Shown piece after piece: positions 1 through 12,904 of a DNA stretch of 64,000 nucleotides. The notes under the pieces were generated by a model. The model did not search any database, had not been told where the DNA came from, and saw only the letters and a program-made list of their open reading frames with translations. The DNA is from an uncultured delta proteobacterium (lineage in GTDB: Bacteria; Desulfobacterota; Desulfobacteria; Desulfobacterales; Desulfosalsimonadaceae), in assembly GCA_963826785.1 (NCBI GenBank), contig CAWGYD010000003.1, forward strand, positions 96,001 to 160,000, read 5' to 3'. A program made the position numbers and the translations under genes. Position 1 is the first letter of the stretch. Every line of letters starts with the position of its first letter.

Positions 1-1129
1 GGCACCACTGGAGGGCTTTGGCATCGTCTTTTTCCTTTCCCAGACTGCCGTTGACATACATCATGGAGATGCGGTACATGGCCAGCCCGTAGCCGCCGTC
101 GGCGGCCTTTTGATACCAGTCGACCGCCTTGCCTTGATCTTCGGCCACCCCGTAGCCGTTTTCGTACATGTAGGCCAGGCAGTACTGTGCCGGCGGATAC
201 CCCGGACCAGCCGCCTTGGCGAACCATTTGGCCGCTTTCTCATCATCCTTTTCAAAGCCGCCTTCGCCGTTGAAAATCATCATGCCGATATTGAACTGAG
301 ACTGGACCGATCCCTGGGACTCCGCACGCCTGTACCACTTCAGGGCCTCGGCCAGATCCCGGGGCACCCCCTCCCCCTTGTAATACATATCCGCCAGGGA
401 ATACTGGGCGTCTTTATATCCTTCTTCCGCCGCTTTCTTATACCACTGGGCCGCTTTCTCCAGATCCCGGGGGATGCCGTCGCCGTTGTCATACATCACG
501 CCCGCACTGTAGTACTGGACGGGCAGGGCGTCTTTTCCCCTTGCCGCCTTCAGGTACCACTGTGCGGCCGCGGGTTTGTTCTGTGCGGTGCCGAAACCAA
601 AATATTCCATATGCGCATAGCTGTATTCCCCCAGGGTATGCTGGTTTTCGGCCGCCGCCGCGTACCACGCCATTGCCTTGCCGTAATCCTGCTCAACCCC
701 CTGGCCGGTATAATACATGTACCCCAGCGTATACTGGGCCGCCGCACCGCCGGCCGCAGCCGCTTCTTCGAAGAGTTCTCGGGCCTTCTGATAATCCTGT
801 TTTACCCCCTGCCCCTTGTAGTAACGGATGCCTTCGGCCGTCAGGCGCAGCATCTCGGGATCAGGCGCCGTCACCTGGGGCGGTGCGGGTGCATTGTCCG
901 TCGTGATCTCGGGAGGTTTTGCAGCTTCCTTTTGGGCCTCCGGAGCCTCTGCGGCTTCCTCCTGCTGCTCTGTGATGAACTCCTCGACTTTTTCCTTCTG
1001 ATTCTCTTCAGATACGGCCGGTGGCTGGGATTGTGCAAACAGCGGATATGGAAGGCCTGACAGGAAAAAGACCAGGAAAACCAGAGCGATTGATCGAACG
1101 CCGAAAACGGATTTACCCGAAAATTTCAT
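1..1129 (-). CDS. Secreted Sel1-like repeat protein (3' end runs off the window)
   Basis: Manual translation from ATG at 1129: MKFSGKSVFGVRSIALVFLVFFLSGLPYPLFAQ (signal peptide), an E/P/A-rich linker, then repeated units such as AQYTLGYMYYTGQGVEQDYGKAMAWY. Absent from the ORF track because it is open at the edge. Confidence 0.88.
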   Translation of the reverse strand, partial: MKFSGKSVFGVRSIALVFLVFFLSGLPYPLFAQSQPPAVSEENQKEKVEEFITEQQEEAAEAPEAQKEAAKPPEITTDNAPAPPQVTAPDPEMLRLTAEGIRYYKGQGVKQDYQKARELFEEAAAAGGAAAQYTLGYMYYTGQGVEQDYGKAMAWYAAAAENQHTLGEYSYAHMEYFGFGTAQNKPAAAQWYLKAARGKDALPVQYYSAGVMYDNGDGIPRDLEKAAQWYKKAAEEGYKDAQYSLADMYYKGEGVPRDLAEALKWYRRAESQGSVQSQFNIGMMIFNGEGGFEKDDEKAAKWFAKAAGPGYPPAQYCLAYMYENGYGVAEDQGKAVDWYQKAADGGYGLAMYRISMMYVNGSLGKEKDDAKALQWC

Positions 1130-1383
1130 CACATTTCCCCCAGGATGCTTTCAATAGATGATTCAAACAATTGAATTATCTGCCTATATTTATTTTACAT
1201 GCCCCAAAGCCGGCAGATTGTCAAGGCAATTATAAACGGGCAAGGGCACAGCAGGCGTTTTACGGATCTTTACCTGATCCACCTGATCCCACCGGGATTG
1301 CCATTTTACCTCCAGGCGGTTATAATAATACGATCTGGATGCCGGATGGCGACAAAAAAGATAATGAATGGAAAGATCAGTAA

Positions 1384-2298
1384 ATGGATTACCGGCTTCG
1401 CCTGATTGATGCCATTGTTTCTGTTTTCAGCAAAGGACTCGTTCTGGGGACCGAGGAACTGCATTATCTGGAGTCTGCCATCGGAGATTCCCGTGCAAAG
1501 AGCGTGGCGGACATATTTTCCAGCGAGCAGGATTTCGAACAGCAGGCGTTTGCCCAACTGGTCTTTTTCCCGGATGAGGTTCTGCAGGAGCGGCTGGAAC
1601 CCCTTCTCTCCGGAACGGATTATACCATAGAAGACCGGGATGCGATCATTGATGCCCTGACCCGGCGCCGCATGCAAACCACCCTGTATTTCCCGGACCA
1701 GAAGGTCGGAATAAAGATCCACATCCCCGAAGATGCCCTCCGGTTGTATGTCTGTCGGCTCAATATCGAAAAGACCGTGGCTCCCGAGATTGGTGACACA
1801 TTAAACCGGTGCATTTCAGATCCGGCAGAAATAAACCGGGTCCGGGTGCGGGTCCGGAATTCCCGCTCCATTTTTTGCGGCGCCGCCCTTTCCTTCTTCT
1901 GCCGATGCATCGAAAAACTCCACTCTGATGCACGGTATTTCAGAGACTCCCTGGATCTGATCCTGGAACTGCTTCAGCCGCCGCAGACAGACGATGATTA
2001 TTACGGGATGCTGGCCGCCCAGAAATACCGCTGCCTGAAAATGCTCCATGACGACCGCAAAACCCGAAACGATCTGGTGCGGCAGAATACGGAGATTTTG
2101 ATGCTCAAAGGGATGCACGTCGGTGCGGTCAATACCGGGGCGGTGATCAGACAGATTGAACTGATCGATCACATCTGCCTGTCGGTTTTCGGCCGCATGG
2201 AATTTCAACATTCTCAAACTGCGGGCGAAGCGCCGCTGGATGTGGATATTTCAGATGGCACGGAAGAAATGGACCGGATTCTTCGGCTGCTGTCCTGA
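1384..2298 (+). CDS. Hypothetical protein (304 aa)
   Basis: Long ORF with protein-like composition filling the gap between divergent and convergent genes; no motif recognised. Confidence 0.7.
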   Translation: MDYRLRLIDAIVSVFSKGLVLGTEELHYLESAIGDSRAKSVADIFSSEQDFEQQAFAQLVFFPDEVLQERLEPLLSGTDYTIEDRDAIIDALTRRRMQTTLYFPDQKVGIKIHIPEDALRLYVCRLNIEKTVAPEIGDTLNRCISDPAEINRVRVRVRNSRSIFCGAALSFFCRCIEKLHSDARYFRDSLDLILELLQPPQTDDDYYGMLAAQKYRCLKMLHDDRKTRNDLVRQNTEILMLKGMHVGAVNTGAVIRQIELIDHICLSVFGRMEFQHSQTAGEAPLDVDISDGTEEMDRILRLLS

Positions 2299-2382
2299 TC
2301 TTTCCGCTAAAAGGCCAATTGCGTTTTGGCTTCGAGCAGCCGGTCAGACAGCAAGGGCATCGGCAGCGAACGCAACATGGAA

Positions 2383-3153
2383 TCAGCGCAGGTGCAGGAC
2401 CTGGTCGGCCGCATCTTCCGCCTCCTGCCGGAAATCCGCATCCGGGGCTAAAGAGGCCGCTTTCTTGAATGTCTGATACGCTTTGTTGTATTCATGCGCC
2501 TGTTGGTAGGCCCGGCCAAGATCCAGGTAAATGGGGGCCGCTTCCGGAACAACGGAGATGGCTTTTTTCATCAGGGAAATCGCCCTGGCATCATTCCCCT
2601 CTGCCAGATAGACCAGCCCCATCCCGTGAAGGGCTTTCGGAAAATCCGGTTTAATATCGAGTGCTTCCTTATAATAGGATTTGGCCTTGGCGTAATCGCC
2701 CTTTTTGTAATACACAAAACCCAGGTTGGTCAGGGGATAATGGGGCGTTCCGTAAATGAGATCCTCATTGACCTTCTTGAAGCACTCGATGGCCTCATCC
2801 CATTTGGCCTGCTCCATATAAGCCGAACCCAGGTTGTTCCGGGCGGGTGAATATTCGGGGTTCAGGTCCAGCGCCTCTTTGAAATGCGAAACGGCCAAAT
2901 CCACATTTTTCTTTGCCAGGTAAGCTAACCCCAGATCATTTTGCAGGAACGGATCCTTGTCAAAGAGGAGTTCCGCCTTGCGGAATTCCCGAAGGGCCTG
3001 GGTATACTGCCCCTGGTTCATATAGGCTTCCCCCAGATCCCTAAAGGCTTCGGACTGCTGTATCTTGACGGCATGTTTCTGCTTGATGCCGCAGGACAGA
3101 AGGGTTGAAATAAAAATAAGTATCAGAATACGGCAAAACCAGCCGGCTTTCAT
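2383..3153 (-). CDS. TPR-repeat lipoprotein, PilF/PilW-like pilotin candidate
   Basis: Lipobox LLSC, successive TPR units (DLGEAY, NDLGLAY, NNLGSAY, NLGFVY, GMGLVY), AGGAG RBS. Confidence 0.8.
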   Translation of the reverse strand: MKAGWFCRILILIFISTLLSCGIKQKHAVKIQQSEAFRDLGEAYMNQGQYTQALREFRKAELLFDKDPFLQNDLGLAYLAKKNVDLAVSHFKEALDLNPEYSPARNNLGSAYMEQAKWDEAIECFKKVNEDLIYGTPHYPLTNLGFVYYKKGDYAKAKSYYKEALDIKPDFPKALHGMGLVYLAEGNDARAISLMKKAISVVPEAAPIYLDLGRAYQQAHEYNKAYQTFKKAASLAPDADFRQEAEDAADQVLHLR

Positions 3154-3185
3154 GTCGTCGCTCCTGTTGGAAAAAAAATTGCGAA

Positions 3186-5078
3186 TTAACGGTCCGGCCG
3201 GATCCTGACCACCCGGATGCCGGATTGGTTCAGAAAGGCCAGAATATCCGGTTGCAGTGCTGCGGAAGTGACCAGAAGCCCATTTTCGCCTGCATCCGCT
3301 CGCGTGATCAGTTGCCCGGGTATGCTGATGGAGGTGTTGTAAATTCTCGGGCGATGGGCTGCAAAAAAGACCGGCGTTTCGGTGCGGTCCACCGGCAGGA
3401 TATCAAGCAGGGCGGCAAAAATTGCATCGGGATCATTTTTTGCGGTGATCTGGATCACTTTGAACCCCGTTGATTCGATGGCCCGGACCGCATCCCCCTG
3501 GAAATTTCCGAAGTCGATGAGATATTCCCCGCGGGTCCCCAGCGACAGGAGATTGCTTTGCGCCGAGACCTGAAAACCGGCATAGGGGAAACTCACCTCA
3601 ATCCCTTCCTGGTAGGAAACGCCCAGCAGAGACAATAAGTTCCTGACAAAATCCGGTGGATCCGCTGCATCCAATACAACGGCCGGGGGGGCGTATACCG
3701 CCCCGCGGGTTGAATCCGTTGACACCGGCAACAGCACGCTTTTCCTGCTGACCCATTCGTTGATCGTCACCTGGTGCTGTTTCAGGTAGTCGCGAATGAT
3801 TTCCGGCATCGCCTCTTTCGGATTTTCGATCAATGTCAAAACGGTTTTGCCGGACTGACCGGGGGTGTCATAGATATATTCCCCCCGCACGTCGATGATG
3901 ACAGACTGATCGGTAATGGTGAATTTGTTTTCACATCCGTCTTCGTGAATGGCCGGGCAGATACTGTCCAGCAGGTCGCGCACGGACGGATCCTCTCCCG
4001 CCGTCACCACCCGGGTCTTTTTCCAGAAAGAGCGGATGACGTCCCGGTCCGTTTCAGCCAGATCCTCTTGAACAAACAGCAGCTTCAGCCCGTCCGGAAA
4101 TTCCATGACCGGATTTGATGCCAGATCCAGCTTCAGGTCCTCGCGGCCGATTCGGGGGAAGAAATATTCTCCTTTGTTCAGCAAGGTGGCGCCCAGAAGG
4201 GAAGCCGCCTTCTTATACGCAAAAGGAAGGGACGGCTTGAGTTCTTCCAGTGGATCGGAAAGGGCAGTCGGAGCGATGGGCTGGAGTTCTTCCAGCAGCA
4301 ATTCCGATTGTGTCTCGATGGGCGCGATTTCGGCAATTTCCGAAACGGGAGCCGGAATCGGCGCCGGCGGTGTCTGGGTTTTGGGTTTTTCCGCCCGGGG
4401 CGGCGGCGCTTCCTTTTCCGCCTTGACCATCAGTTCGCCCGAGGCGTCAAACAGGCCGGCATACCATTCCTGCTCCTGAATGCCGGGCTTGGGCAGTTTG
4501 AGTTCCTGACCCACCCGGATCATATTCAGATTTTTAAGATCCGGATTGATATACTTAAAAATCTGCAGGGCCTGGCGGTATTTTCGCGAATTAACCGGCC
4601 CGAAGTCCCGGTTCAGCAGAGTCGAAACCGATTCGCCTTCCTGAACGACGTGGATCATGGAGTTTTCGATGAGCTTGACCGGAATGCTGGTGATGGTGAT
4701 CACCGGGATGGTGACAGAGCCGCTGGCCTGGCCTTCCAGGGAATCCGGTTCCAGAATCTTCAAGGGGATCAGAATCCGCTGGCCGGGATAAATCGTATTC
4801 ACATCCGGCAGATCAGGGTTGATCCGCTTGAAGATCTCCAGAAACTCGGGATAGTCTTTCTGCGAGATCTCCCCCCGCTGCCGAAACAGCTTGGTCACCC
4901 AGTCGTTCGGACGGACCACATAGGGGTCGCACAGGATGTCGCTTCCCCTGTCCTTGCAGACGGTGAATTTTTTTTCAATAAATGCGCCGTCTGCCGGGTG
5001 AACCCAGATGCCGGCGCCGGCAAGCACCAGTCCAAGCAGCAGCCATCCGGTTAAAAAAGGGACTTTCGGATTCTTCAT
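3186..5078 (-). CDS. Exported LysM peptidoglycan-binding protein
   Basis: Signal peptide, two LysM-like motifs (YVVRPND...INPDLPDVNTIYPGQRILIP; HVVQEGESV...INPDLKNLNMIRVGQELKLP), Pro-rich linker. Confidence 0.8.
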   Translation of the reverse strand: MKNPKVPFLTGWLLLGLVLAGAGIWVHPADGAFIEKKFTVCKDRGSDILCDPYVVRPNDWVTKLFRQRGEISQKDYPEFLEIFKRINPDLPDVNTIYPGQRILIPLKILEPDSLEGQASGSVTIPVITITSIPVKLIENSMIHVVQEGESVSTLLNRDFGPVNSRKYRQALQIFKYINPDLKNLNMIRVGQELKLPKPGIQEQEWYAGLFDASGELMVKAEKEAPPPRAEKPKTQTPPAPIPAPVSEIAEIAPIETQSELLLEELQPIAPTALSDPLEELKPSLPFAYKKAASLLGATLLNKGEYFFPRIGREDLKLDLASNPVMEFPDGLKLLFVQEDLAETDRDVIRSFWKKTRVVTAGEDPSVRDLLDSICPAIHEDGCENKFTITDQSVIIDVRGEYIYDTPGQSGKTVLTLIENPKEAMPEIIRDYLKQHQVTINEWVSRKSVLLPVSTDSTRGAVYAPPAVVLDAADPPDFVRNLLSLLGVSYQEGIEVSFPYAGFQVSAQSNLLSLGTRGEYLIDFGNFQGDAVRAIESTGFKVIQITAKNDPDAIFAALLDILPVDRTETPVFFAAHRPRIYNTSISIPGQLITRADAGENGLLVTSAALQPDILAFLNQSGIRVVRIRPDR

Positions 5079-5083
5079 GCCGT

Positions 5084-7902
<2,819 letters not shown>

Positions 7903-8002
7903 TTAAAAAAAATTACCACGCTGCTCAGTCTTCGTCAATCATTATTGAAATTTATCGCATTATCAGATATAGAGAATAGAAATTTTACTTCGGAGTGGCT
8001 CA

Positions 8003-8590
8003 ATGGAGGATCTAATCGAAAAAAAACTGGCACTTAGAGCAGAAATCCGGGAGCGCCTGGATGCGTTGCCGAAAAAGGCCATCCAGGCCAGGCGTAAATC
8101 AGTAGAAGCGCAGCTGTTTGATTTTGCCAATTTCCTTGAGGCCGAACTGTCACTGCTCTATCTGAGCCGCCCCCATGAAGTGGATACCTGGGACATTCTG
8201 AAATGGTGCCGCGAGTCATCCAAGGAAATCGTACTCCCATTGTTTGATCCCAAGGGGGGGGGCACCGTGTTCTACAAGGTCGCCGATCTGGAATCCGATC
8301 TGATGGAAGGTCCCGATCATACCCGAATACCGGACCCGGATCGTTGCAAATCCATCGATGCGGATGATATTGATATTGCCATCATCCCCGGAATCGGTTT
8401 TGACGAAAAAGGCGGACGGCTGGGAAGCGGCTCCGGCCGGTACGACCGCCTCATCCCCCTGCTTCCCGCCACCGCCCGCAAAGTGGCCCTGGCCTTCGAA
8501 GACCAGCTGGTGCCGGCCATTCCCATGGAATCCCATGACAAGTACGTGGACATCATCATCACCGATACGCGGGTGATCTACAAAATTTGA
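8003..8590 (+). CDS. 5-formyltetrahydrofolate cyclo-ligase
   Basis: KKLALRAEI N-terminus, IIPGIGFDEKGGRLGSGSGRYDR, ESHDKYVDIIIT. Confidence 0.9.
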   Translation: MEDLIEKKLALRAEIRERLDALPKKAIQARRKSVEAQLFDFANFLEAELSLLYLSRPHEVDTWDILKWCRESSKEIVLPLFDPKGGGTVFYKVADLESDLMEGPDHTRIPDPDRCKSIDADDIDIAIIPGIGFDEKGGRLGSGSGRYDRLIPLLPATARKVALAFEDQLVPAIPMESHDKYVDIIITDTRVIYKI

Positions 8591-8668
8591 ACTCCGGATA
8601 ACGGCAGCCTGAAAACCCTCTCATTCCGATCGCCGCCTAAGATCCCCAATCCGTTTGGAACAATTCCC

Positions 8669-10030
8669 ATGACCATGCCTGTCGTCGCCATTGTGGGCCA
8701 TCCCAATGCCGGGAAATCGACCCTGTTCAACCGAATCACTAAAACCCGGGACGCCCTGGTGGACGATTTTCCCGGCGTCACCCGGGACCGCCACTATGGA
8801 ACGGCCCGATGGAATGACCTTGAATTCACGGTGGTCGACACCGGCGGGTTTACGACCGGCGACGCACACGAATTAAACGCCCTCAGCCGGGAACAGGTCC
8901 ATGCCGCCATCCGGGAATCCGATGCGGTCATCCTCCTGCTGGATGGAAAGGCCGGGGTGACCCCCTATGACGACGAGCTGATCAAACTGGTCCGGGAGGT
9001 TTCCTGCCCTGTCTTTTATGCCGTCAACAAGATTGACGGCCCCGATCGGGAGGAGCAGCTCTATGATTTTTTCCGGCTGGGCGTGGAACCCCTCCATTCC
9101 ATATCCGCCGAGCACGGATACGGCGTACCCGATTTTCTGGATGTTCTTACCGCCGCGCTCCCGACGGCTGATTCGCCCCCTCCCGAAGATGTCATCCATA
9201 TATCCGTGATCGGCCGGCCCAATGTGGGGAAATCGTCGCTGATCAACCGGTTCCTGGGAGAAAACCGGGTGATTGTCAGCCCCCATCCCGGCACCACCCG
9301 GGATTCCGTGGATACCCCCTTCCGGATCAATGACCGCGCCTGCCTGCTCATCGATACCGCCGGGATCCGCCGAAAAAAGCAGGTTTCGGAAAAAATTGAA
9401 AAATATTCCATTATCAAGGCATTAAAAAGCATCGATCGGAGCGACGTGGTCCTGATCCTCCTCGATGCCGTCGAAGGCGTTACGGAGCAGGACGTCCGGA
9501 TTGCCGGGTATGCCTATGACCGGGGCCGCAGCTGCATTTTTCTGCTCAACAAATGGGACCTGGTGGAAAAAGAGGGCAACCCCCTCAAGCGCCTGAAGGA
9601 GGATCTTCAGGATGCGGCCAAGTACGTGAGTTTCGCCCCGGTTCTGGCCATCTCCGCACTTACCGGGAGGGGCGTGGCCAAAATTTTCCCCGTCATCGAA
9701 GCGGTCTACGACCAGTTCAACACGCGGGTATCCACCGGACCGCTCAACAAAATCTTCGAACGGGCAACGGCAAAGACAGAACCCTCTTTGTATCACGGAC
9801 GGCGCATCAAGTTTTTCTACGCCACCCAGCTCACCGTAAAACCGCCCTCTTTTGTCTGCTTTGTCAATTCCCCGGAAGGGATTCATTTTTCATATCAGCG
9901 CTACCTCATCAACCAGATCCGATCCGGCACCGGTCTGGACAAGGTGCCCCTGCGCCTGTTTTTCCGGAAGCGCTCCGGATCCGGGGCTCCCCGGCGGCCG
10001 AAGAACAAAACAAAGCGGTTGAAAAAGTAG
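8669..10030 (+). CDS. der: Ribosome biogenesis GTPase Der (EngA)
   Basis: Two G domains (GHPNAGKS/DTGG/NKID and GRPNVGKS/DTAG/NKWD) plus KH-like C-terminus. Confidence 0.97.
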   Translation: MTMPVVAIVGHPNAGKSTLFNRITKTRDALVDDFPGVTRDRHYGTARWNDLEFTVVDTGGFTTGDAHELNALSREQVHAAIRESDAVILLLDGKAGVTPYDDELIKLVREVSCPVFYAVNKIDGPDREEQLYDFFRLGVEPLHSISAEHGYGVPDFLDVLTAALPTADSPPPEDVIHISVIGRPNVGKSSLINRFLGENRVIVSPHPGTTRDSVDTPFRINDRACLLIDTAGIRRKKQVSEKIEKYSIIKALKSIDRSDVVLILLDAVEGVTEQDVRIAGYAYDRGRSCIFLLNKWDLVEKEGNPLKRLKEDLQDAAKYVSFAPVLAISALTGRGVAKIFPVIEAVYDQFNTRVSTGPLNKIFERATAKTEPSLYHGRRIKFFYATQLTVKPPSFVCFVNSPEGIHFSYQRYLINQIRSGTGLDKVPLRLFFRKRSGSGAPRRPKNKTKRLKK

Positions 10031-10055
10031 CCGGTTGCAAAAAGTAGCCGGTTGC
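10022..10055 (+). repeat. 17-bp perfect tandem duplication over the der stop codon
   Basis: AAAAAGTAGCCGGTTGC occurs twice, at 10022-10038 and 10039-10055. Confidence 0.85.
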
Positions 10056-10093
10056 ATTGATCCCGTGATTGCCAATTTCAACAGGTTTTTGCC

Positions 10094-11469
10094 ATGACCC
10101 GCAAAAAGCCGCCCGATGATTCACCTGATATGTTTGAGCACCAGGCCCGGAACGCGGCAGCTCAGACCGCCCCCCTGGCCGACCGGATGCGCCCCAGGAC
10201 CTTAGATGATTTTCTGGGGCAGGACCACGCCGTGGGACCGGGAACCCCCATCCGGAACGCCATTTCACAGGACCGGCTTTTTTCCATGATCCTTTGGGGG
10301 CCGCCGGGATGCGGCAAAACCACCCTGGCCCGGATCATCGCGCATCAGACCCAGTGCCATTTCGTTCATTTTTCCGCCGTGCTTTCCGGGGTCAAGGAGA
10401 TCCGCAGCGTCATCGATATTGCCCGCCAGCAGCACAGCTTTCACCGCAGGCGGACACTTCTGTTCGTGGATGAGATTCACCGCTTCAACAAAGCCCAGCA
10501 GGACGCGTTTTTGCATCACGTGGAAAGCGGACTGATCACCCTGATCGGCGCCACCACCGAAAACCCGTCCTTTGAGGTCATCCCCGCCCTCATGTCCCGC
10601 TGCCAGGTGATCACCTTAAAATCCCTGGGCGACGAAGAAATGAAAACACTTTTGCAGCGGGCGTTGGCCGACCGCGAACACGGGCTGGGAAATCTTCGCA
10701 CCACCGTCTCCGACGAGGCGCTGGCCCACCTGGTCTCCATTTCAGACGGTGATGCCCGCTCCGCCTTAAACGCGCTTGAAATTTCGGTGTTTACCGTCCT
10801 GCAGCAGGGGGATGGAAAAAATGAAATTGTACTTTCGAGATGTGGAAAACGCCCTGCAGCGCCGGGCGCTTGTCCTATGACAAGTCCGGCGACGAGCATT
10901 TCAACCTGATTTCCGCCTTTCACAAAAGCCTGCGGGGCAGCGACCCGGATGCGGCGCTTTACTGGCTGGCCCGGATGCTGTCCGCTGGGGAGCACCCGCT
11001 CTACATTGCCCGGCGCATGGTCCGGTTTGCTTCCGAGGATGTGGGAAACGCCGACCCCCGGGCCCTGTCCGTCGCCATGGATGCCATGGAAGCCTACCGG
11101 TTCCTCGGCTCTCCCGAAGGGGATCTCTGCCTGGCCCAGGCAGCGGCCTATCTCGCCACCGCGCCCAAGAGCAACAGCATTTACAAGGCCTACGGACTGG
11201 TGCGCGAGACCATCCGGGATACCGGCACGCTTGCCGTTCCGCTGCATATCCGAAACGCCCCCACCCGGCTGATGAAGGACCTGGGCTACGGAAAGGATTA
11301 CAAATACGCCCATGACTACAAAGACGCCCATGTGCCCCAGGATTATCTGCCGGACAAGCTCAAGGGGCGCCTTTTTTACCATCCCACGGACCGGGGGGAT
11401 GAAAAGCTGATCAAACAGCGCCTGGATAAATGGCGGGAACTGATGAAAAAGAAGGTGGAAGACGGATAG
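10094..11469 (+). CDS. rarA: Replication-associated recombination protein A, frameshifted (probable sequencing error)
   Basis: [30 protein letters not shown] in 10094-10909; [16 protein letters not shown]...SEDVGNAD in 10840-11469. Removing one extra T near 10833 and one near 10870 restores [18 protein letters not shown]. Confidence 0.9.
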
Positions 11470-11478
11470 GGCAACCCC

Positions 11479-12264
11479 TTATTTTTTCGGTCGGATCTCC
11501 CTTGAGGGCTGGCCCAGGGTAAACAGCCGGATCCAGGCCATCCCGAGCTTCAGCAGGGCCACGTCATCGGTTTTGACCTTCAGCCGCAGCTCTGTCTTAA
11601 TGCGGTAACGCTTCAAAAACGTGCTGTCTAAAACAAACTCCCGGAACGCGTCCATGTTGTAGGCGGCCATGAATGCCATTTTGGCTTTTTGGCTCTCCGG
11701 CCCCGCCCCTTCGAACGGATCCGACTGGAAATGCCTGAGCAGATCCGCCCACATCATGGTCATCTGGTTGTAAAACGCCGCCGCCTGGTCGGTCTCCCAT
11801 GATTTGATCGTCCAGGGCGCATCTTCATTCCCGCCCCGGCAGAAATCCGGGGGACGAAAAAAATGGACCCGGCGGGTCTGATCGGTTTTAGCGTCGTAAT
11901 AGAGCCCGTGCTCCACCGGAAACGCCCGGCAGGTCTGGGGCCGGTCCGGATACACACGGCATCCGGCGTCCGTCAGAAAAGGGCAGGTCCGCTCCGGGTT
12001 GTCCGCCATTTGCAGCATCACATCCGGGAAAAAATGCCCGTCGCGCAGCACCACATCCGTGTAGGCCTCTATGAATTCCCCCGAAGAGATCCCCAAGTGC
12101 TGCTTGAGGCGGATGATGTCATAGGGGTGCAAAAACAGCTTGAGGTTGCGGCAGCAGCGGTTGAAGCAGGAAATTTCCGGGTGGCAACGGAAATTGAAGG
12201 TATCCTCGGGCGACAGCAGGCGGCCCGGAATATCGGTCAGGGCAGTGGTCTCAATATATTTCAT
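11479..12264 (-). CDS. YkgJ-family cysteine-cluster (Zn/Fe-chelating) protein
   Basis: CHPEISCFNRCC ... CPFLTDAGCRVYPDRPQTCRAFP motif. Confidence 0.85.
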   Translation of the reverse strand: MKYIETTALTDIPGRLLSPEDTFNFRCHPEISCFNRCCRNLKLFLHPYDIIRLKQHLGISSGEFIEAYTDVVLRDGHFFPDVMLQMADNPERTCPFLTDAGCRVYPDRPQTCRAFPVEHGLYYDAKTDQTRRVHFFRPPDFCRGGNEDAPWTIKSWETDQAAAFYNQMTMMWADLLRHFQSDPFEGAGPESQKAKMAFMAAYNMDAFREFVLDSTFLKRYRIKTELRLKVKTDDVALLKLGMAWIRLFTLGQPSREIRPKK

Positions 12265-12285
12265 GGCGTAAAATCTTTTGTGATT

Positions 12286-12888
12286 TCAAGTGGTGGCATC
12301 ATCCAAGGGATGGAGCATCTGGGCGACTGTCTTTTTCAATTTGCCCGCAAGGCCGGTCTGCTGCTGAAACGCCTGCTCCAGCAGGGCCAGACCGCGGTAG
12401 AACGGGGTGCGGTCAAACCGGACATACCCTTTATCTGCGCAGCGGCGGTCAAATTCATGGCATCCGGGCCCGTACACCGGATGCTTTCCCGGCAGGCAAA
12501 ATTCATGCGGCAGGCCGTGCAGGCGGCAGATCATGGGGCGAAACGCATACAGGCGACATCGGCCATCCCCATTGACGGGGCACATCACCCGGGGGGTCAG
12601 CCGGCGCTCCATAGCTTCTGTCACCCGCCGGTTGACTTCGGCCGCCTCCTGTCTGATCCGGTGCTGCGCCTGCGTTTCCAGTTGATAAAATCCCTGCATC
12701 AGCCCGGCAAATTCGATATGGGTGTGGTGATAAAAGCGGGTCAGGCAGCAGTTTTCCGAACACCCCGCACATTCAAACCCATAGGATGCGGCTGTTTTCG
12801 CATAAGCGGCATCCATTTGTCCATAAAGGGCATGCAGCGGGTCCAGAAAAGGACGGGCAACGCTTAAAAACGCAGGGGTCACGGGCAA
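12286..12888 (-). CDS. YkgJ-like cysteine-cluster protein
   Basis: CAGCSENCC ... CPVNGDGRCRLYAFRPMICRLHG; start uncertain (TTG). Confidence 0.8.
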   Translation of the reverse strand: MPVTPAFLSVARPFLDPLHALYGQMDAAYAKTAASYGFECAGCSENCCLTRFYHHTHIEFAGLMQGFYQLETQAQHRIRQEAAEVNRRVTEAMERRLTPRVMCPVNGDGRCRLYAFRPMICRLHGLPHEFCLPGKHPVYGPGCHEFDRRCADKGYVRFDRTPFYRGLALLEQAFQQQTGLAGKLKKTVAQMLHPLDDATT

Positions 12889-12904
12889 AACCGGGAGGGC
12901 TCCT

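Noticed and set aside
110..1060. 316-aa plus-strand ORF
   Set aside because: Antisense shadow of the Sel1-repeat gene on the minus strand.
10022..10055. 17-bp duplication at the der stop as a mobile-element footprint
   Set aside because: Simple adjacent duplication with no element between the copies; slippage or assembly is a sufficient explanation.
10820..10880. Programmed frameshift or true pseudogene in rarA, crotonase or the Fe-S gene
   Set aside because: Each is explained by single extra T bases with no slippery heptamer seen; error-like pattern, though reads are needed to confirm.
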